Assembly: GCA_003990765.1 (NCBI GenBank)
Contig: RBNJ01000010.1
Span: forward strand, 1 to 64,000
Direction of reading: 5' to 3'
Source: Jimgerdemannia flammicorona
Lineage: Eukaryota
DNA length: 64,000 nucleotides
Shown: piece by piece, positions 36,571-51,580 of the stretch
Numbering within the stretch: the first letter of the stretch is position 1
How the letters are laid out: every line of letters begins with the position of its first letter
Program-made: the position numbers and the translations under genes
The notes under the pieces: generated by a model
The model's database searches: none
Told to the model about the DNA's origin: nothing
The model's input: the letters and a program-made list of their open reading frames with translations, nothing else

Positions 36571-39500
36571 AGATGGTGGTTGGTACCTTTCATTGGTAAC
36601 ATTCAGGTGACACAAGACTCTGACAATACTTTTTACAATATTTTTGGTAAAAAGAGACTATCAATATAGACAGCAATGAGCATACTAGTGAGTATGTCAA
36701 CCAGGGGAGCAATAAGGCCTTTGACTGGCAGCAGGTCAGGAGAAGGTGAGGAGATAGGTTGGGGATACCAGAGCCCCCTATGGTTGGCCATAACATTGAT
36801 AGTAGATGGAGGGGTAGAATGAGGCAACAAGGAGGAGAGAGGACAATTTTTGCCAACAAGGTCAAGATGGAGAGGATATCATCTAGTCTGAATAGTTGAG
36901 TAGATTGGGAAAGGTATCAATGACTTCAGCTGGAAGACAGGAAGAGCCCCCATAGGAGGGTCAGGCAGTAGGGGGGGGGGAGTATAGGGGCTGGGAGTAT
37001 GATGGCTGATGAAGCTGTGACTGGAGATCTGGAAAAAAATCCAGATATGATGGTTGTTAGCAGATCAGAACAGAGGAAAGGTATGAGGCCTGGAGACCTG
37101 GCTGATGGTATGATGGGCATGGTGTCAGCACTGTTACTCAAAAAGTTGAGGTCAGAATATACCATCACATTGTGCTTCTGGGGCTTGGCAGTGACTGTGA
37201 GAATGATCTTAGGGCTGGTGGTGCAGAAGGTGAAGGGGACAGCTTCAGTGAAGTTCTTGAAGGGGAAAGAAGGGGTCAAGGTTGGATTTGAGAAGGAGGC
37301 ATCATTGTTGGAGGCTGTGGAGAAGGGGGTAGTAGTGGGCAGAGTAGTGGTTTTTATGGCCAGGTGTATGCACTGGGACCCTCAAGTAGTACAGTTGATG
37401 GTATTGGATCTTTCTACAGTATCAAGGGAGAGAGCCAGGGAGTTGATTGTGGAGGTGGTTAAGGAATATGGAGAAATCATAGACATCAGGTTTAGAGTCT
37501 GGGAGGGTACTGAACTCCAGATAGGAGATGTTGACATCAGGGTGAGGCTGGCTGGGAGAGAGAATATGGGGAAGGTGAAGGATTGGCCAGCAACCCTTAA
37601 GTGGGGATCAGTTGAATGTAAGATTTTGTAGATGAAGGAGATACTGAAGGAAGAGGAGGACTTACTGGAGGCTCTTGAGGATCTGGTAGGAGTAGTGAAG
37701 AGAAAGAGATTGGCTTAGAAGGAGTATAAAGCCAAGATGGTGGTGGAGGCTGTGGATGGAAAGAAGATCAGGATGGACTAGGTGGCCTGGGAGAAGGTGT
37801 AGGGGAGGCAAATCCAGAAGGAGCTGTTGGAGAAGTTGAGAGAGGGTGTGGTAGGTGGTGGTACAGGAGAAGAGAGTGTCAGACTGATGGAGAGTACTTG
37901 AGCAGGGGAGCATAGGATGGCCCAGGATGTGGCCCAGGGAGGATTGAGCAAGGAGAGACTGGGCAGCATAGTAGAAGATGCTGAAATGAGTAAGGAAGTC
38001 CACCCTCAGTATGGTATCCCAAGTAGGGTAGATGGTGAGGAGGAACTACTAAATGTACTGGAGGAGGAATAAGATGAGTCAGAGAGGAGCACCTTAGTGG
38101 ACCCTGTGGTGGAGGTCAAAGGAGTTGCTCAGGGTATTTCTGAGGTGGTGAATGAAGAGAAGTAGCTGTGAAAGACTCTGGAGGGAGTGGTGGCTGAGGA
38201 GCTGGGGGGTGAGAACTTCTGGATCCTAAGTGATAGGCATTGGGAGAAAATTCTTCATGGGGAGGAAGTGCCAAGGAAGATTAGAAATAAGATCCTGATG
38301 GTGCTCTTGGAATCAGAGAAATATCAAGTTTATAATTAGAGAGAGGAGGCTCTTTAAGAAATTGTAAATGACCAGATAGTATACTTATGGAATTCAAGAA
38401 AGGGATTGGAGAAATAGAGAGTGGTATGCATGGATTATCAGACAGAAATAGAGGTTGTGGATGGGGTGGAGTGTCAGGAAATCTTGGAAGCACTGGATGC
38501 TCAAGCTGTAGTGGAGGATGAGTTGGAGGCAGAGCAGTGCTTGGATCTTACTGGTGATGAGATGAGTATGAAATTCTAGAATAGACTCTCAATATCAAAC
38601 ATTATTCAATATGAATAGTACAACTAGAATCTTCTCTTTGAATATAAATAGGTTGAGGGGTGCAGAATGGTGAAGGAATATCTTTGGCTGGTTGAAGGGA
38701 CTGAATGCAGATCTTTTCTTATTGCAGGATGTGCAATATGAGAAAGGTATGGATTTACAGGACTGGACTAGAGAATGGAGTGGGGTAGCTATAGACTGGG
38801 TGGGTGGGCATCATGGTTTGAAAGAGGATGGAGGACATTGAGGATATTGGACATTGGGGGAGTAGACTAGTATGGAGAGTATGGAAGAGGTCTGAGTAGA
38901 ACTCCTTAACTGTTGAATCATATTATTGCCTAGCTGAGAGGGGGGAATATGTTGATTGAATCAGAGGCTTGAAAGAAGCTGGTGTTATGAGTGAGGCAGG
39001 GATCAATTGTCTGGGAGATAATTTTAACATAGTATGTGATAGTGGGATAGATAGGACTGATAGCAGGAGAAGAGTGGGGGGCCAAAGTGATGGGTTGGAA
39101 GATTAGATGGAGATCGAGAGGTTGAGCTTCTTGGTTGACTCAGGGTGCCAGTTTTAGACAGAGTACTGAATTTATACTCACTGGGTGGCAGGGCTGGGCT
39201 CTAGGATTGACTGGGTATTGACAGCAGAGTACTGAGAAGAGAATGTCTGAGATATACTGAAGATAGTCTGGTGCCCATGATCAGATCACTGAGGTCTGAT
39301 AGGAAGTGAGAGATTTGGGGAGAGTGGGGATGGGCCTGGACATTGGTGACTGAATTCTTCTTTATTGGAGAATGGTTCTTTATGGATGGACTGGGAGATA
39401 GAAGTTATTGAGAAGATTACTGGGTGGTAGGAGTAGGGACTGGTGATTGGGAATCACTAGTGGTGGCTGAAATCAAGTACTCAGAGGTACTAGAGGAAGG

Positions 39501-42321
39501 CAGGGAAAGGAAGGAGTGCTCAGTGATAGCAGCAAGTATAATGGGCTTTACAGAGATTGGTGGTGCTTCTGGAGAGATGGGCAGTGTCACTAGAGGATGG
39601 GGGGTGGCCAATTGGAGAGGTTTGTAGATATAAAAGGAAGTAGATAAGCTTAAGAAAGTGCTACAAATGGTGGAAAAGGTTAAGCTGAAAGAGATGATGG
39701 CAAGGTTGAGGTAGCAGGGGTTGGAGGAGGGGGAGAGACCTACTAGATTTTTATCTTGGTCACTTCAAGCTTGGTAAACCAGATAAAGGTGGGATGGTAT
39801 CTTGGATAAGAAGGGAGAGATGGTTATGGGGACTCCAACAATTTTGGAATTGCTGAGAACTTATTGGGGGAACTTATGGAGTGACAGAGAAGAGGCTGAA
39901 CATTGAATGGCAGTTGGAGGATTGGCATCTGGACCCAGCAATGGGCCTAGAGTTACTGAGAGACCCAGTGCAAGGAGAGAAGGTGTGTAAGGTCTTGGCT
40001 TCAACATGTAAAGAGATAGCTCCAGGCGAGAATGGGCTACCCTGGGATTTCTAGAAGAAGATGACTGGGGTGGAGGTGGTACTGGTAATGTGTGATGAGA
40101 TACTTCAATCTGAAACTTGAATTGGAGGCCAGTGTCTAGGGCTGGTCTCTTTGCTCTATAAAGATAAGAGAAGAAGAGAAGATTGGAAGAACTGGTGACT
40201 GATCATGCTCCTTGATATAGACTATAAGCTGGTGATGAAGATCTTAGTAATTAGGCTGCAGAGGATTACTCAGCAGATACTGAGAGTGGAGCAGAGGATA
40301 TTTGTAGGTGGTTAGTTAATCTGAGATAGAACTGCCTGGGTCTATGGAGTGATTGAAGGTGCTCAGGTAGCTGGGGTTGATGGCCACTTAGTATTTCTGG
40401 ATCAGTAGAAGACATATGCCAGAGTAAGGAGGGCCTGGCTGAAGAGAGTGCTGAAATATATGAAAATTCCCCCAGGGTTCAGGCAGTCATTAATCAGTCT
40501 ATTGGAGAATAGTTAAGCAGCATTAGTAGTAAATAGGTACAGAGGAGTGACTTTTCTACTTAGTCATAGGGTGCCACAAGGGGATTCTTTATTGCCCATC
40601 CTTTATGCCCTCTCCTTAGAGTCTCTATTGGACAGGATCTGGCATAGAATTGGGGGTTTAGATATTTTGGAGATTAACTGGAAGGTTGGAGCTTTTGTAG
40701 ATGATATGGTGGTTAGACTGGATTCCTTGGAGGATGTTGAGGAATTAAGGAGGACTGTGGAATAGTATAAGAGGGGCTCAGGTGCTTGACTCAACTGGTA
40801 CAAATATGAGACTCTATTGCTAGGTAGTGGAATAGTTGGCAGTGATATAATTGGAACAGTAGTTTTAGCAGGAGAACCAGTCTGATACTTGGAGATATAC
40901 TTCTTGGTATATGGGTCTCTTCTGCCCTATACTTAGTAGGAATAGCAGCTACTGGCATAGGGGAATATTCTCTTGAGGTGGGGTGGTTGGCATATTTCAT
41001 TGGTAGGAAAGGTGATGGTGCTGAATGTGTATTGGCTGCCAAAGCTATGGTATGTGGGGTATTATCTGAACTTCTCAGTATGGGTGGTCAGATAACTCTG
41101 AAGATAGCAAGATTATGGATTTGGGCCAGAAAGCAAAGTCAGATAGGCTGAGAGCTTCTGACTCTGTCTGTTGACATAGGTGAACTAGGCTTAGTAGACT
41201 TTACCAAATGCCTTTATTGTCTGAGAGCATGGTGGCTGAAAAGAGCAAGTAAGTTGAGGAGCTGAGAGTAGATACTACTTATGCAGAGGGTGTAGGAAGT
41301 CCAATATTTCTCTCATAAAGCAACTGGTGATCTGCTTGCAATGGTAGCTCTGGATGAGAGCAGAAGGATATATTATAAGGACTTTTGGTAAGGAGTGGTG
41401 GATGGTGCAAGGAGAATTGGACTTTGGTGATAGGGTGATAAGAGGGAGGAGGACTGGGGACTACAGATGTAGAGATGAGATAGGCTACTGCTGAGAGGTA
41501 CATTAGTAGAGGATTTTCAGCTTGACAATGAAATGGAATATATATGGAATCTTGGGGAGGACCTGTGGCCTGAAGTATGGCAGAGAGTGGGAATTGGCAA
41601 GAAGTGGAACTGGATTGATCTTTGGCCTTGGAGCAAGCAGATGATGCAGTGACTTCTCCCCAAGTTCTGGGTAGTATGGTGGAGGTTTCTATGGTGGAAT
41701 ATGATGCTGAATTATCAGTCTGGATACTTGGTGGTGGATAGTACTTTTGAGTATAAGGAATGTATAGATGTTGGTCAGAAGGAGGAAGTGGTACAAATGC
41801 CTGAACATTGGCTTAGAGAGTGTGAGATCTTGGGAGAGTTTTGATACTATATTGCAAACTGGTTAGGACTGCAGGCTCTGGTGGGAGGGGAAGGGAGGAG
41901 ATGGGGGGACCTCTGCCAAAGATTAGTGGGTGGGGTTGGAGATGAATAGTTGACCTTGAGATAGGCTCTGGCAATTTGGGTTGAGCTGGCCAGACATTGG
42001 TTACATATCTTTGAGGAGAGCCAACAAGTTGAGGTTGGGGCTAAGGTAGTATGGTGGGAATGATTAATGCTTGACATTTTGAATAACTGGTAGAGAGGGT
42101 GTGAGAGGGGCTAGTAGTGTCTGGTAAATTGTATTTGCAAGAAAAATGGAGAGAGGGTTCAGGTAGTAGATGCTGGGTTATACTCCAGCAGAGAGAGATA
42201 GAGAGTAAAGAAAGAGATCTGAGAGGCATAGGTTGAGGGGTTGTGGGTACAAATATATTATTATTTATAGATTGAGTAGTAATAAAGAGAAGTCCAAGTA
42301 ACTATAAAAAAAAAAAAAAAA
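36571..42321 (+). mobile_element. Full-length non-LTR retrotransposon (L1/Tx1-like LINE), decayed; ORF1 ~36.7-38.6 kb, ORF2 from 38611
   Basis: ~16-bp target duplication G(G/A)TATACTCTTATGGT at 36555-36570 and 42323-42338; poly(A) tail; APE motifs IFSLN, LLQD, SDH; RT VPQGDSLLP and AFVDD. Confidence 0.93.
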
Positions 42322-45300
42322 TGATATACTCTTATGGTTTCAGATAGCTTGAGATGGTAGAAGGATGTAGAGACTTGTTTAGTAATCTTAAAGAGTCTAA
42401 TATACTTGAGTTGAAATTTGTTCAATAGGTAGTTAACTTAAGATTATATCTTGAGATTCTCAGTAGACAGTAGTACTTAATCACTAATAGTATAGGTGAC
42501 ATTATAGTGTTTCTTATCAGTATACTTGGCTTGATACTGTTAGGCTTTCTGGAGATTCATAATAGCAATCTTAAGTAGTTCATCCATCTTATCTATGAGG
42601 TTCTTGATAGTAGGAACTTATATTTGACTACTTTTCTTAAAAGAGACTAGGCTTATAGGGATCTTGAGATCTTGACCATAGAGTAGCTGAAAAGAGAAAA
42701 GACTAGTAGATAATTAGACAGTATTATTATATACAAATTCCATATAAGTCAAGTAATAGACTCAATTATCTTGCTCATAAGAAATATAGTTTCTGAGTAT
42801 TTATTCTAGAGTTCTATTTATATACTTAGTTTGTTAATTAATTTATAGATAAAAGATAGTAGATATGGTCAATTGGGATCCTAGAGAGTTTGTCAGAAGT
42901 GACTGGTGAACTTGGGGTTACAGTTGCTGATAATTACTTATAGTAGACCATAGTGATAGAAGATAGACTTGAAAAAGATTCTTATAATTTTGGGTATAGT
43001 AGCATTAATGGTAGTTAGTTCAGTAACTATATTTTGATCAGATGATCAATGAATATGATGATAGCATTAGTGCCAGATTGGGTTCATAGTAGTTAAGTTA
43101 TAAAGTCTTTATAACTTATTTGAATTTCTTAGTTGAAATTAGTGATAATTATAACAAACCAGCTAGTACTTAGTTGGTAAACTTATTGTACTAGCAGAGG
43201 TTACAGCTAGTAACATAGTTCTTGATTTTCTTGATCATACTTGATCAATAGTAGTGATACTAGATATTCTTGACAGTTTTCTCAATTCTAAGATAATTGA
43301 CAAGTGGGGAATTATGGTGTTCTTATAGTATCTTATAGCATAAATTTATATTGTCAGGTAGATATACTTTGTCTTGATGGTAGATTAGGTTATCCTCAAT
43401 AATATATGTATCCTTGAGCTTATTTGAGAAAACTCTAGTAGTAACAGTATCTTCTTTGTAAGCTTATCTAATTTGATCTAGAAATTCTGATGCCAAGATA
43501 ACTTGTATGATTATGATAAGGTCTGGACATCTGAATAAGATATCTGATACTATAAGTATTTTGTCAGACTTATAGATGATTGTCAGATTGAAAGTTTGAA
43601 GCTCTAGACTCTACTTGGTTTATAGATATAATAGAGTAGATTGGGTATTAATGTACTTGAGAGATTGATGGTAAGTAATGACATCAAACTTAATATCTTC
43701 TAGATAGTATCATTAGTTATCTAGTGTATATATTATTACCAATAGCTCTTTTTCATTAGTAGCTAGCTTTTGTTTAGCTAGGGCCAACTTGTAGGATTTA
43801 AAGGCAATAGAGTAATATTCTTTGCCATCATATTATAATTAGACTGCTCTAATTGTAAAATTCAATATATTAGTAATAATGACAAATTTCAGACTTAGAT
43901 TTACATTATATAGAACTGAAGCATAGATCAGACAGTTTTTGAGTTCTTAGAAGGCTTATTAATAAAAGAGATCCCAGGTATAGAGTATATAGTGATCAGA
44001 GTAAGAGACCTTTCTCATGAGATTAGTTAGTAGCTCAGCAATGCTAGAAAAGTTTCTGATAAAGTAATAGTAGTAGCTAGCCAGACCAAGAAAGGACCAG
44101 AGTTCTATAAGATTTGTTAGAATAGGCTTTTCTTGAATTACTTCTATCTTATATAGATCTATTTGAATTCCTTATATAGAGATAATGTAGTCAAAATATT
44201 CAATTTGTTCTTTGAAAATTTCACACTTCTTGAGCTTTACTTAAAGATTATATTTTTGCAAGATTTTCAGAACTACTCAGATATGTTTGAGATGTTCTTT
44301 TTTAGTTATACTAAATATCAGGATATTATCAAGATATATCAATAAGATAAATAGTTGGTTCTTGAATATCTTATTTATGAGAGTCTGAAATATAGTAGAT
44401 ATATTAGTAAGACTAAATACTAAAACTAGAAATTCATAGAGTCTAAAAGAGGTCATAAATATAGTCTTGGGAATGTCTTCTAGCTTGATTTGGATTTAGT
44501 GGTAGTCTGATATAAAGTCTAGCTTAGTGAAGTACTTGACATTCTTAAGTGTATTAAAAATTTAATCAATTAAGAGTAGCAGATATTAGTTCTTAACTTT
44601 AAGCTTGTTGAGTACTTAGTAGTCTATATATATTTACAGAGTACCATCTTTCTTTTTGATGAATAGGACTGATAAGCTATAGGGGGATTTGCTTAGTTAA
44701 ATAGCTCCTTATACAAGTAACTCTTTTAGTTCTTTCTTGACTACTTCAATTTCAAGATATAATATGCAGTATATATATTTCTTGGATAGTATAGCTCCTA
44801 GGGTCAGTTCAATTTCATAATCAACTTCTTGTACAGGAGATAGACCAAGTAGCTTATCTAGAAAGACATCCTTAAATTCTTCAAGCAATAACTTAATACT
44901 ATCATTAATTGATAGCTTCTGTCTTACTTCTTGGAATGAACTATTGCAATAAAGATATATATTGTCTTCTTGAGTACTTTCTTATACTATTTGCTGATAG
45001 TATTGTAATCTGTGTTTTGTTTATAGGCTATCTATCTTGATAGTAATATTGACTCTTACTTAAAGTAGAATAACTTCATTCTTATACTAATTAATATTTG
45101 GATTATATTTGGTGAGCCAAGGTTTTTCTAAGATCAAATCATAATCTTCTAGTAGTGTAATCTCAAAGTCTACTCATTCCTAATATTTCTAAATCTTGAT
45201 GAGTAGTTTGGCTGCAATTGACTTGATAGGATGTAGTATACTATTTACAGTAACTACACTATCATTCTTAGATATAGACTTAGTGAGAATCTTGAGGTTT

Positions 45301-45728
45301 TCAATAGTTCTGATTGATGAAGTTTTCTACAGCTCTACTGTCTATGAGTACTTGAACTTTTTTTCCTTTAACTAGATCTTTGAAAATAAGTATGGCTTGA
45401 GCTTGATTTTCAGTAAGACCTGCTGCTTAATCAGTACTACTAAAATCTTTTTGGTCTCACTTAGTTTCAGATAGTCCTTGGACTTCTATAATCTTGGATT
45501 GATTGGCTTTTTCTAGGATTATTTGTATAACTCAGTCTCCTTCCTTAACTGTATAGTCTTGATTCTTTTGATTGATAAGTAAGACTTGAACTTATTCTCA
45601 ATAGTTTAAATCAATAATACTAGTACTAATATCTAAATGATATTTGATACTGAGTTCTGATCATAGTACAATTCTAGCATTATGTTCTTCAGAACATTGA
45701 ACTATAATTCTAGTAAATATCAGAGTTC

Positions 45729-48700
45729 TTTTTTTTTTTTTTTATAGTCACTTGGACTCCATCTTTATTATCAGTCTATGAATAAGTATATATTATCACC
45801 ACCCACTACCCAATCCCCATAGGGGAGCCCCTCCCCACCTTCTCACAAATAAAGATCACCCTCTCACCAACTACTCCTACTCTCCCCCCACTCTGTCTAC
45901 AAATTTTATCTACCAAGTAGCACCTCCGACCACCCTGCAGCCCCCAACCAAGCCACCAGTCAGTTAAGGTATCTTTCATAAGACTATGCCATCTCAACAA
46001 CCAGTCCCCTAAGCCCTGTCTCCTCTCATCCTCAAAAACAAATAGCCAGTGACTGGCCAGCCCCACCCAAATAGCCAAAGCCCAGCCTAAGGTAAGCCAC
46101 TCCTTTCCTACCCCCTCTACCAATTGATCTCTCAAGTCCTCCCACCTCCCCCATACTTCATCTCCCCTACACCTTACCCCCAAGTGATCCCCAATAGCCT
46201 GCCAAAAGTCTCCCAACACCTCACACTCTTCTAGCCAATGTTCTGGCATCTGTATATAACTCCCTTCCTATTCTATATTATGGTACTCCTCACAGTCAAA
46301 GCAACCCCCTATGATAAGGTGCCCCAAGTGGAAGTTGAGTATTATATTCCTCTGCAGTATATGCTACCAGACCACCCAGTACTTCAATGGCATCCACTTT
46401 TGCACTGCAGTACTCCAGGTCCAAACACCATACCAGTTCCACTCTTCTCCAATTCCAACTCCTTGCCAACTGCTAGGCCACAGATCCTGACCCGGTCTCC
46501 TTTGGCATTTCATTCCATTACCAATGTCAAACTTAATTAAAGGAGCACCACCCAGTAGTGTACAATTCTATCTCCACATTGCTAGGTCCCAAGCCACCTC
46601 CCCTTCATTCCCCTACTAACGAATTCCAATATAGTGCACCCCCTCTGCTATCCCTCACCAAAATCCTTTATATCATAGTTGTTCAGTGTTCTGAAGTCCA
46701 ACCAATAAGAGGAGATTGCCAGTTGAACCTCTTAGTGATGACTGCCTCTCCCAGATCTTCTGCAGCAAGAGAACCCAACCACCTCCTCTCAACTCTACTG
46801 CACTCTTTAGCCACCATGCTCTTAAGCAGTATAACCATTTTGGAAAGTCCACCAGCCCAAGACCACCTCTTGCCACCAGTAAGGACAAGGTCTCCCAACC
46901 AATCTGACTCCTTCTGCCAGCCCAAATCCATCCCTTTGCCAACTTCATCAATCTCTTCACTACCTAGACTGGGAAGTCCAGATGATAAGCCAGATACCAC
47001 AGCTTTGGCAGCCAGTAGATATTCAAAATTGAGACCTGCCCTGCCAGAGAAAAGTGCCTTCCCCCCCAACCCTGCAGGGCCTCCTCCCAGATTCCAATTC
47101 TCTGCTCTCACCAAAGCCTGGGCAGAACTGACCCATAGACTGACAAATAGATGCCCAAGTACTGTACTGCCTCACTGGTGGGGATGATTGTTCCTATAAC
47201 TTCCCCTCCCACCAGACTATTGCCTAGCACTATCATTTCACACTTGTGCCAATTCAGCTTAGCCCCACAGTTCTCCTCATACTACTTCACTGTCTTCTTA
47301 AGCTCTTCGACATCAGTGATCGATCCCAAACCAACCACCATGTCATCTGCAAAGGCCCCAACTTTCCACTCAATGTCAAAGACAGAGAGCCCCACTATCC
47401 TCTGCCTAATTCTGTCCATTAGGGGTTCCAGGGAAAGAGCATACAAAATGGGGGACAGTGGGTCCCCCTGGGGCACCCCCCTACCCAAGGGGAATGCAAC
47501 CCCTCTATGTCCATTATACATGAGTGCAGCCCTACTTCCTTCCAGTAGGCTGACCATTACTGACCAGAATTGGCATGGAACTCCTGTTCTATCTAATACT
47601 TTCACTAGCCAAACTCATTGCACCCAGTCATAAGCCTTCTCCTGGTCTAAGAAGACTAGATGCCCACCCAGTCCACAGGCCCTTGCCTCTTCAATAACTC
47701 CATGTACCCAGGCTGTGCCATTTCTAATGAGCTGACCACCCACAAATCCCCTCTGCTCAACACCCATGACTTGCTGGGCCACCTTCTGTAGTCTTGCAAC
47801 CACCACCTTAGTCACCAACTTTCTGTCCATATCTAGCAACATTATCAGTCACCAGTTCTTCCAATCCTCTCATCTTCCTTTGTTCTTATAAAGCAGTATC
47901 ACCAGCCCAAGATCCTACTCCCCCACCCATCTCCCTATCTATAGGATAAAGTCACACAATGCCATTATCTCTCCCATTACACCTGGGACTCCAACCATTT
48001 GCTTCCAGAAGTCCCAGGGCAGACTATCCTCCCCAGGTGCCATATCTGGTATTATCGCAGCAAGAACCTGGTGGATCTCATCCTCCTGTACAGGCATCAC
48101 CAGGTCACCTAGCCCCTCTACTGGTGGTGGGTACCAATCCTCCAATATTTGGTCAATGGCAGCAGCATCTGCCCCACCCTCCTCCTCACTCCACAATTCA
48201 CTCCATCACTCCTTCAACAATCCAAGAATGTCCTATACACCATGTACTAGTATACCATCTGAGTCAAGTACCCCTTTCCACTATTGCTGTACCCTTCTTG
48301 TCCTAAGGGCCCTTATAAGAAACTTGGAAGACCTCTCCCCTTTCTCCAGATTCTGCTAACAAAGCCATGCTGCCAAGCTTTGTACCCTTGCCTCTTCCTC
48401 TTCCCACAGTACCTATTGTAGTTCCCCAACCTCCATCTTCACTCTCATTAATCTCCAATCTTCTTCTTCCTCCAACATTGTCAGCCTTGCCCACTCCTCC
48501 AGGAGCCTAGCCAATCTAGTAGAAGCCCAATGTACTCTTCACCTCCTCTGCTTCCCTGCCTCCTTGCCAGCCTCACTCCAGTAAATCTTAGCCATCTCCT
48601 TCATCCTCATTCACCAAACCCCAACTGAGGCACCTTCCTGCCACTAGTTCTCCACCCTCAGCTGAATATCTTTAGCCCACTCATCCCACTGGGTCTTGTC

Positions 48701-51580
48701 ATCTAACAAAGAGGAATTTAGGCACCAATGTCCAGGCCCATCTCCACTTCCCTCAAAGCACCCCTGTCCCAAAAGCCCCCAGTGATCCAACCATGGACAC
48801 CATTCCACCTCCAGCAACTTCCAAGCATCTAGGCCCCAGCAACTGGCCATCAGAATCCAGTCAATCCTTGTCCCCAGGCCCCCTGCCCAATGTGTATAAA
48901 CCCTCCTATCCCCCAAGTACTCCCTACCAGCATTTACTAGCACACTTAGTCTTTCTACTTCCTCCCATACCACCAGCTCTCCACTCCTACTCTCAGCACC
49001 CTGTCCTCCATCTGTTCTATCCATCAGTATGTCCTGAACTATATTGAAATCCCAAGCATATCTACCCCAACCTCTGCAAGGATCCCACTCTCCTGTAGAT
49101 CTTTCACCCAATCTACACACTCACTCCATATAGCAGGGCAGTAACAGGAGCCAACTGTAACTGGCTCTCAGCCTGCATGAATCCACTCATCCCAGACCAG
49201 TCTCTCCTCCTAGCTCCTCTCCCCTCTGCCTTTCCAAACCAGAATCCCAACCTTGCCCTTCCAAATCACCACACCTCTCCATTCCTTTGTCCATTTCATC
49301 CTATTGGAATCATCCTCACACCTGATATCCTGCAAGAGAAAGAGATTGGCCTTCAATCTCTTCATCCAAGTAAAAATATTCCTACATCTAGCCATGCCCC
49401 ATAACCCATTCATATTCAAAGAAAAAATATTGGTTGTATTGTTCATAATGAAATATGTTATGTTATCAATCGATCTCTACTACTCTATGTTCATCTCCTC
49501 CTGTGCTGTGTCCAGATTATATTCCACAGCCACCTCTTTCTCTTCAGCCCTCTGAGCCTCCAATCCAGCCAGTAGGTCATTCATCTCCCCATCTGCCTTC
49601 TCCTTGAACTCCTCTCAGTATTTTAGGCAGGCCTTCTGCCAGAGCTACAATCTATAATGCTTGTTCCAGCAGTATTCAGCCCTCTCTCCAGCAATGACTA
49701 CCATCTCTGCCTCCCTCTCTTTATCCACCTCATACCCTTCCTCCTCCAGGTACACTGCAAGAATTTCTACCTTCAATGCCTTCATCACACCATCTCTCTG
49801 TAGTATCCTTGCCTAATGCTCATCACCCATCACTCACAAGTCCACCTCCCCCAACTCTTCTGCTGCAGGTTATTCATCATCTGGTACATCCAAAGTAGGT
49901 TCCCCACCTCCTTCCCACTTGGAGTTGCCAGCCTCCCTCCATTCAGCATTGTGGTATCAGCCCCAGTACTTGCAGACTCATCCCATACCTCTAGGACATC
50001 CACCAGTTCCTCCTCTCCAGCTGCCACCACCTGTCTCCTGTATGCTACCTCTGGAATTCCAAATTACACCCTCTGGGCCCCCTGCATTGGCACATTCTCT
50101 ACCACCCTGTTTCGGGAAGCTGGGCCTTATCTGATAAGAGAGGTAGGGGTAGGAGAGTCCTCCCAGTCCACCTCCCAAACCTTTAGTGTACCATCAGTAT
50201 ATGGGTCATTACTAGGCTTCTCCTTGTCCTCCCCTGCCTCCTTTCCAGCCTTCCCCCCCCCCTTGCCAACCCAGACACTCACTTTGGCCCCCCCTGTGCT
50301 CTTCAACTTGCTCACATCCTCCAGTGGTCTGTTTTCCAGCTTAGCCAGCAGCTCCTTCTGTCTCTTATACCCCTGAGCCCTTTCCCACTACTTCTTGTCC
50401 ACTCAAATCCACTTTCCATCTACTACCTCCAAGTGTGTTAACTCCACAAAGGCCTCTCAAGCCTTCACTCGCCTCTCTACAGTACCACTTAACTCTTCTA
50501 GTGCTTCTAATAAATCCTCCTCCTCCTCCTCACTTCCCTTCACCCTTGTCACCTTGCACAAGATTGCTCTCCAAACCATCACTGAAGGTCAGTCCCTTGT
50601 CTTCCCAGTAGCTTCTTCCCAGCTAGCTGAATCCTTACATCTATGTCATCAGTCCTAAGTGAGGTCTCTTTCCAGACCCTGAATCCGATATCCACCACCT
50701 CTCTATATTCTGCTATGACTTCCTCAACTCTCCTCCTTGTCTCCACTACTGTCACCATAGACACTCCTTTCACCAGCAGTTGGACCACCCTGGGATCTCA
50801 CTTCAGGCAATGTGCCATCAGAACACACACCTCCCCAACTACCAATCCAATCTTCAGTGCCTCCTCCAGTGGTGCAGCCTCCTCAAAACCCACCTCCACT
50901 CCCTCCAGTCTCTTCAATAACTTCACTGACATGGCTCCTGCCACCTGCTTAGCAATGAGCCCTAGCATCATTTTTACTATCACCACTAAGCCCTGGAAGT
51001 ACAGTATAACCATGAATACCAAGATCAATTTTTTGAGTAATGGGGCCACTGCCAGGCCTGTCACACTATCTGCCAAATCTCCTTGTCTTCCAAGCCTCAG
51101 CTGCTCAGCCTCACTATCAGCCATCACATCTGGAATTTTTTCCAGATTAGCAGTCCCATTGCCATCAGTAGTTACACTCCCCCCAGCCACTACTCCCCCA
51201 GCTCCACTGTCCCCCCTTCCAAGGGCTACTCCCCCATACACTGCTGCCTTCTCAGTCTCCTTGCCCCTTTGCAGCCAGCCCTCCAGCCCTGACACCTACT
51301 GTCTCCTCTTTACTGTCTCCACAAAGCTCACCCTCCCAGACCCTTGGCCTTCACCACTACCTCCACCCCTTCTATGTCCACCTGCCAGCAGCCCCCTCAT
51401 GCCCCCTCCCAGGCCTGGGCCCCTCTCCACCTGCTGCCAGTCAAAAGCACTTGGGCCACCCTACCCAGTATGCACCTCAGATTACCTGTCAGTCACCATG
51501 TTGTTAGTCTCTTTTCTCCAAAAACGATGTTGTAAGTGCTTTTCAAAGGTTGTATAACCTGAGTGGTACCAGAGAAAGAT
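45729..51580 (-). mobile_element. Second full-length L1/Tx1-like LINE, related family; ORF1 ~51.5-49.5 kb, ORF2 49446-45806
   Basis: 16-bp target duplication GTAAATA(T/C)CAGAGTTC at 45713-45728 and 51581-51596; poly(T) at 45729; RGVPQGDPLSP, AFADD, IFSLNMNGL. Confidence 0.95.

Noticed and set aside
46558-51557. Long Ser/Pro-rich plus-strand ORFs (e.g. 50643-51557, 46558-47187)
   Set aside because: Antisense shadows of the G-rich LINE coding strand.
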